NCBI GenBank assembly: GCA_028534125.1
Contig: CM052816.1
Span: 3,660,001-3,724,000, forward strand
Direction of reading: 5' to 3'
DNA length: 64,000 nucleotides
From: Lama glama
Lineage: Eukaryota
Under the pieces are notes generated by a model that did no database searches, was not told the DNA's origin, and saw nothing but the letters and a program-made list of their open reading frames with translations. Positions within the stretch are counted from its first letter, which is position 1, and each line of letters opens with the position of its first letter. This document shows positions 61,938 to 64,000 of the stretch, one piece after another. The position numbers and the translations under genes were made by a program.

Positions 61938-62914
61938 TATCCTCTAGAGAATGCATTATAGGCAGTCAAGAGCAAATGCATGGAAATCAGATGACTATTT
62001 TCATAGGCCAGGTGAGAAATGATGATGGCCTAAAGAACTTAGAGTTAAAAAAAAAAGGGTGGGGGAGGGTGACTGTGAGAGCTATTAAGGAGGCAGAATT
62101 GAAAGAATTTAGTGATAGGAGGGGTGAGGGAGTAAGACATGTCCAGGTTTTGGTAGGGGACCACAAGTTCAATTTCAGCTCTGTTGAATTTCAGGTACCT
62201 GTGGAGTTTCCAGATTAAGATGTATTATGTAGGGGACTGGGTATACAGGTATACAGCTCAGGGTAGAGTTCTTAACCACTGGTATATAAGCTTAGACGCA
62301 CTGGATGCAAATGATCACGGAAACCAGGAGAATAGGTGAAATTATCCAATAAATGGTCACAGTGATGTAAAAAGACAACCAAGGTCAGACTTTGAAGGGA
62401 TTCTGACCCTGAAAGTTTGGGTATGGGACAATAAGCCATCAAAGGTAAGCTGAAATGAAATGCCTAGAGAGGCAGAAAGAGACCAGGAATGGGGTAACAT
62501 AGTCAAGAATAAAAAGCATTTCAAGAAGGTGGGAAGAGTTACCTATGTGCTTAATTGGTACTCAGAGGTAAGAAGAGGAATTAAAATGTCCATGGAACTT
62601 AGCAACATGGAGGTCATTTACATCATAGGAGGCAAGAGCTACCACAGGAGAGGTATAGCGAGACAGTTGAGTACTGGATGCTGAATATTAGACTAGACTG
62701 AAGACCCAGTAATGGTTAGTAACCAAACTTTCACAGGGGCAGCAGTCTGCTCTGTGACCCGGGCTGGGTCGAGAAGCACGTGCTCCGCTGCCTCGATGCC
62801 GGCACGCAGCAGCGGGGTACGCGGGTTCATCTAGGTTGGGGATTTTAACTGACACACACAGTGAAAGTAGACTGCAACAAGTTCAGGGTTGCACAGGAAG
62901 ACTGTGAAGAGGAA

Positions 62915-63110
62915 TACGCCACTGGGCAAGTTATTTAGCTTCTTCTAGACTCATTTTTCAACTTTGTGGAACAAGGATAATAATAGTGCTTCTCTCATCA
63001 AGCTATTGTGAGGATTAGAGAATATACACACACACAAACACACACAAATTATATACATGTAGTGCTATGTGTACCTCGTTCATCAAAGTGCTCAATAAAT
63101 GACATTATCA
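62915..63110 (+). mobile_element. MIR SINE
   Basis: ctgggcaagttatttagcttct...ggataataatagt...ttgtgaggatta...gtgctcaataaatg. Confidence 0.8.
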
Positions 63111-64000
63111 TTTACTAATGATGTTGATGACAACAACAGAAGGCTGGAATAACCAAAAATACCACTAAATGATGTGAAGGTTAACGACAGAGAAAAATAA
63201 GATGCGTTTCCTTTTAAATAGTCTAACAATTTAACTGAACCAGCCATACCATCAAGGTGCACATTTTAAATAATTGTGTGGAATGTGCAACCACAGAGCA
63301 ATTTCAGATTCATGTATAAAAATATTCTGGCAAGATATGAAGAGACAAGCAGTTTAATTAAACAAACTCTACTCTAGAAACCAACAGACCAGAAATCATG
63401 CTTGGTGTATCATTAAGCCAAAATTGGAAAAAATAAAAGGAACCATCCAAGCAGCAAGCAACCTCATTTCTGTTTCTTATGACTACATTATTTTTGAAAG
63501 TAAATAAAACCACACACTAAAACAAATAATTTCAACTCACTGGTGTTGGATAACAATGGTGGAACATCAGAATATGGCAATCTCTTAAATTAGGACAGTT
63601 TATGAACAAGAGAGCACCTGCAGCAACAAGCTGAGAAGCCTTCCTGACATGAAAAGCAGAGCTGGGCATCAGAGAGACTCCCTGGCTCTCAAAAAATGAT
63701 CCACTCTGTGTCCCATGAATGGGACGACTGTGGCACTCCACTCTTAGTCCTGGGACCGGTGGCCAGAATCAGACCAAAGGTGCAGGGAGAGAGGGAGGGA
63801 ATGCTCATGCAACTGTGCGACCAAGTCAAGGAAAGCTTGCCCTTCTGCGTGAGAGGGAGGGTAAGGTGGGGGCCCCGAATACACAGCCTCCTCCTCCGTC
63901 CAGATCTCAGCTCTCAAGTGCCTCTCACAGCATGAGAGCAATCAAGACTCAGAGTGTCACCAGATGCAGGGGAGACCTAAGAAAACAACACGAATAGGAT

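Larger units (their letters stand above)
58830..62690 (-). mobile_element. L2 element split by L1, MLT1 and Tigger1 insertions (pieces about 58830-59160 and 61940-62690)
   Basis: gaggaatagtaaggag...ggagctggagc and ccaggtgagaaatgatgatggcc...ctgttgaatttcaggtacctgtgga...cagctcagg. Confidence 0.65.
52634..64000 (-). other. SGCD: SGCD intron upstream of the exon (extends beyond window end)
   Basis: Ends at the AG acceptor (52635-52634). The preceding exon (...VVGAERLRVL) was not found in the window. Confidence 0.8.

Noticed and set aside
2610..63427. Other isolated CArG boxes (2610, 18066, 41431, 63418) and MEF2-like sites (49613, 56160)
   Set aside because: The number is about what chance predicts in AT-rich DNA; one lies in a MIR core, and none has supporting context
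1..64000. A novel multi-gene system, CRISPR array or prokaryotic-style locus
   Set aside because: The DNA is a repeat-rich mammalian intron. I saw no regularly spaced repeat-spacer array, operon structure or long intact ORF.

Overview
Mammalian genomic DNA, very probably camelid (alpaca/llama/camel): two copies of the camelid vic-1-type tRNA-derived SINE, and no Alu, B1, Bov-tA, PRE or CanSINE seen. The window lies inside the delta-sarcoglycan gene (SGCD), transcribed on the minus strand. One 73-nt coding exon is present (52633->52561, peptide [25 protein letters not shown], canonical AG/GT ends) and its reading frame is absent from the ORF track. The rest is intron with many eutherian repeats: MIR, L2, L3/CR1, old and camelid L1 3' ends, ERVL/MaLR and ERV1 LTRs, hAT and Tigger DNA transposons including a near-full-length dead Tigger1. 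There is also a 500-N assembly gap. I found no evidence of a previously undescribed biological system. The most notable items are a 24-bp L1 micro-insertion with a perfect 14-bp TSD, a cluster of four antisense ERV1 LTRs including a truncated provirus with a nested LTR, a candidate recursive splice site, and repeat-free blocks with muscle/cardiac TF motifs. Repeat family names come from my recall of consensus sequences, not from a database search, and boundaries without TSDs or TIRs are approximate.
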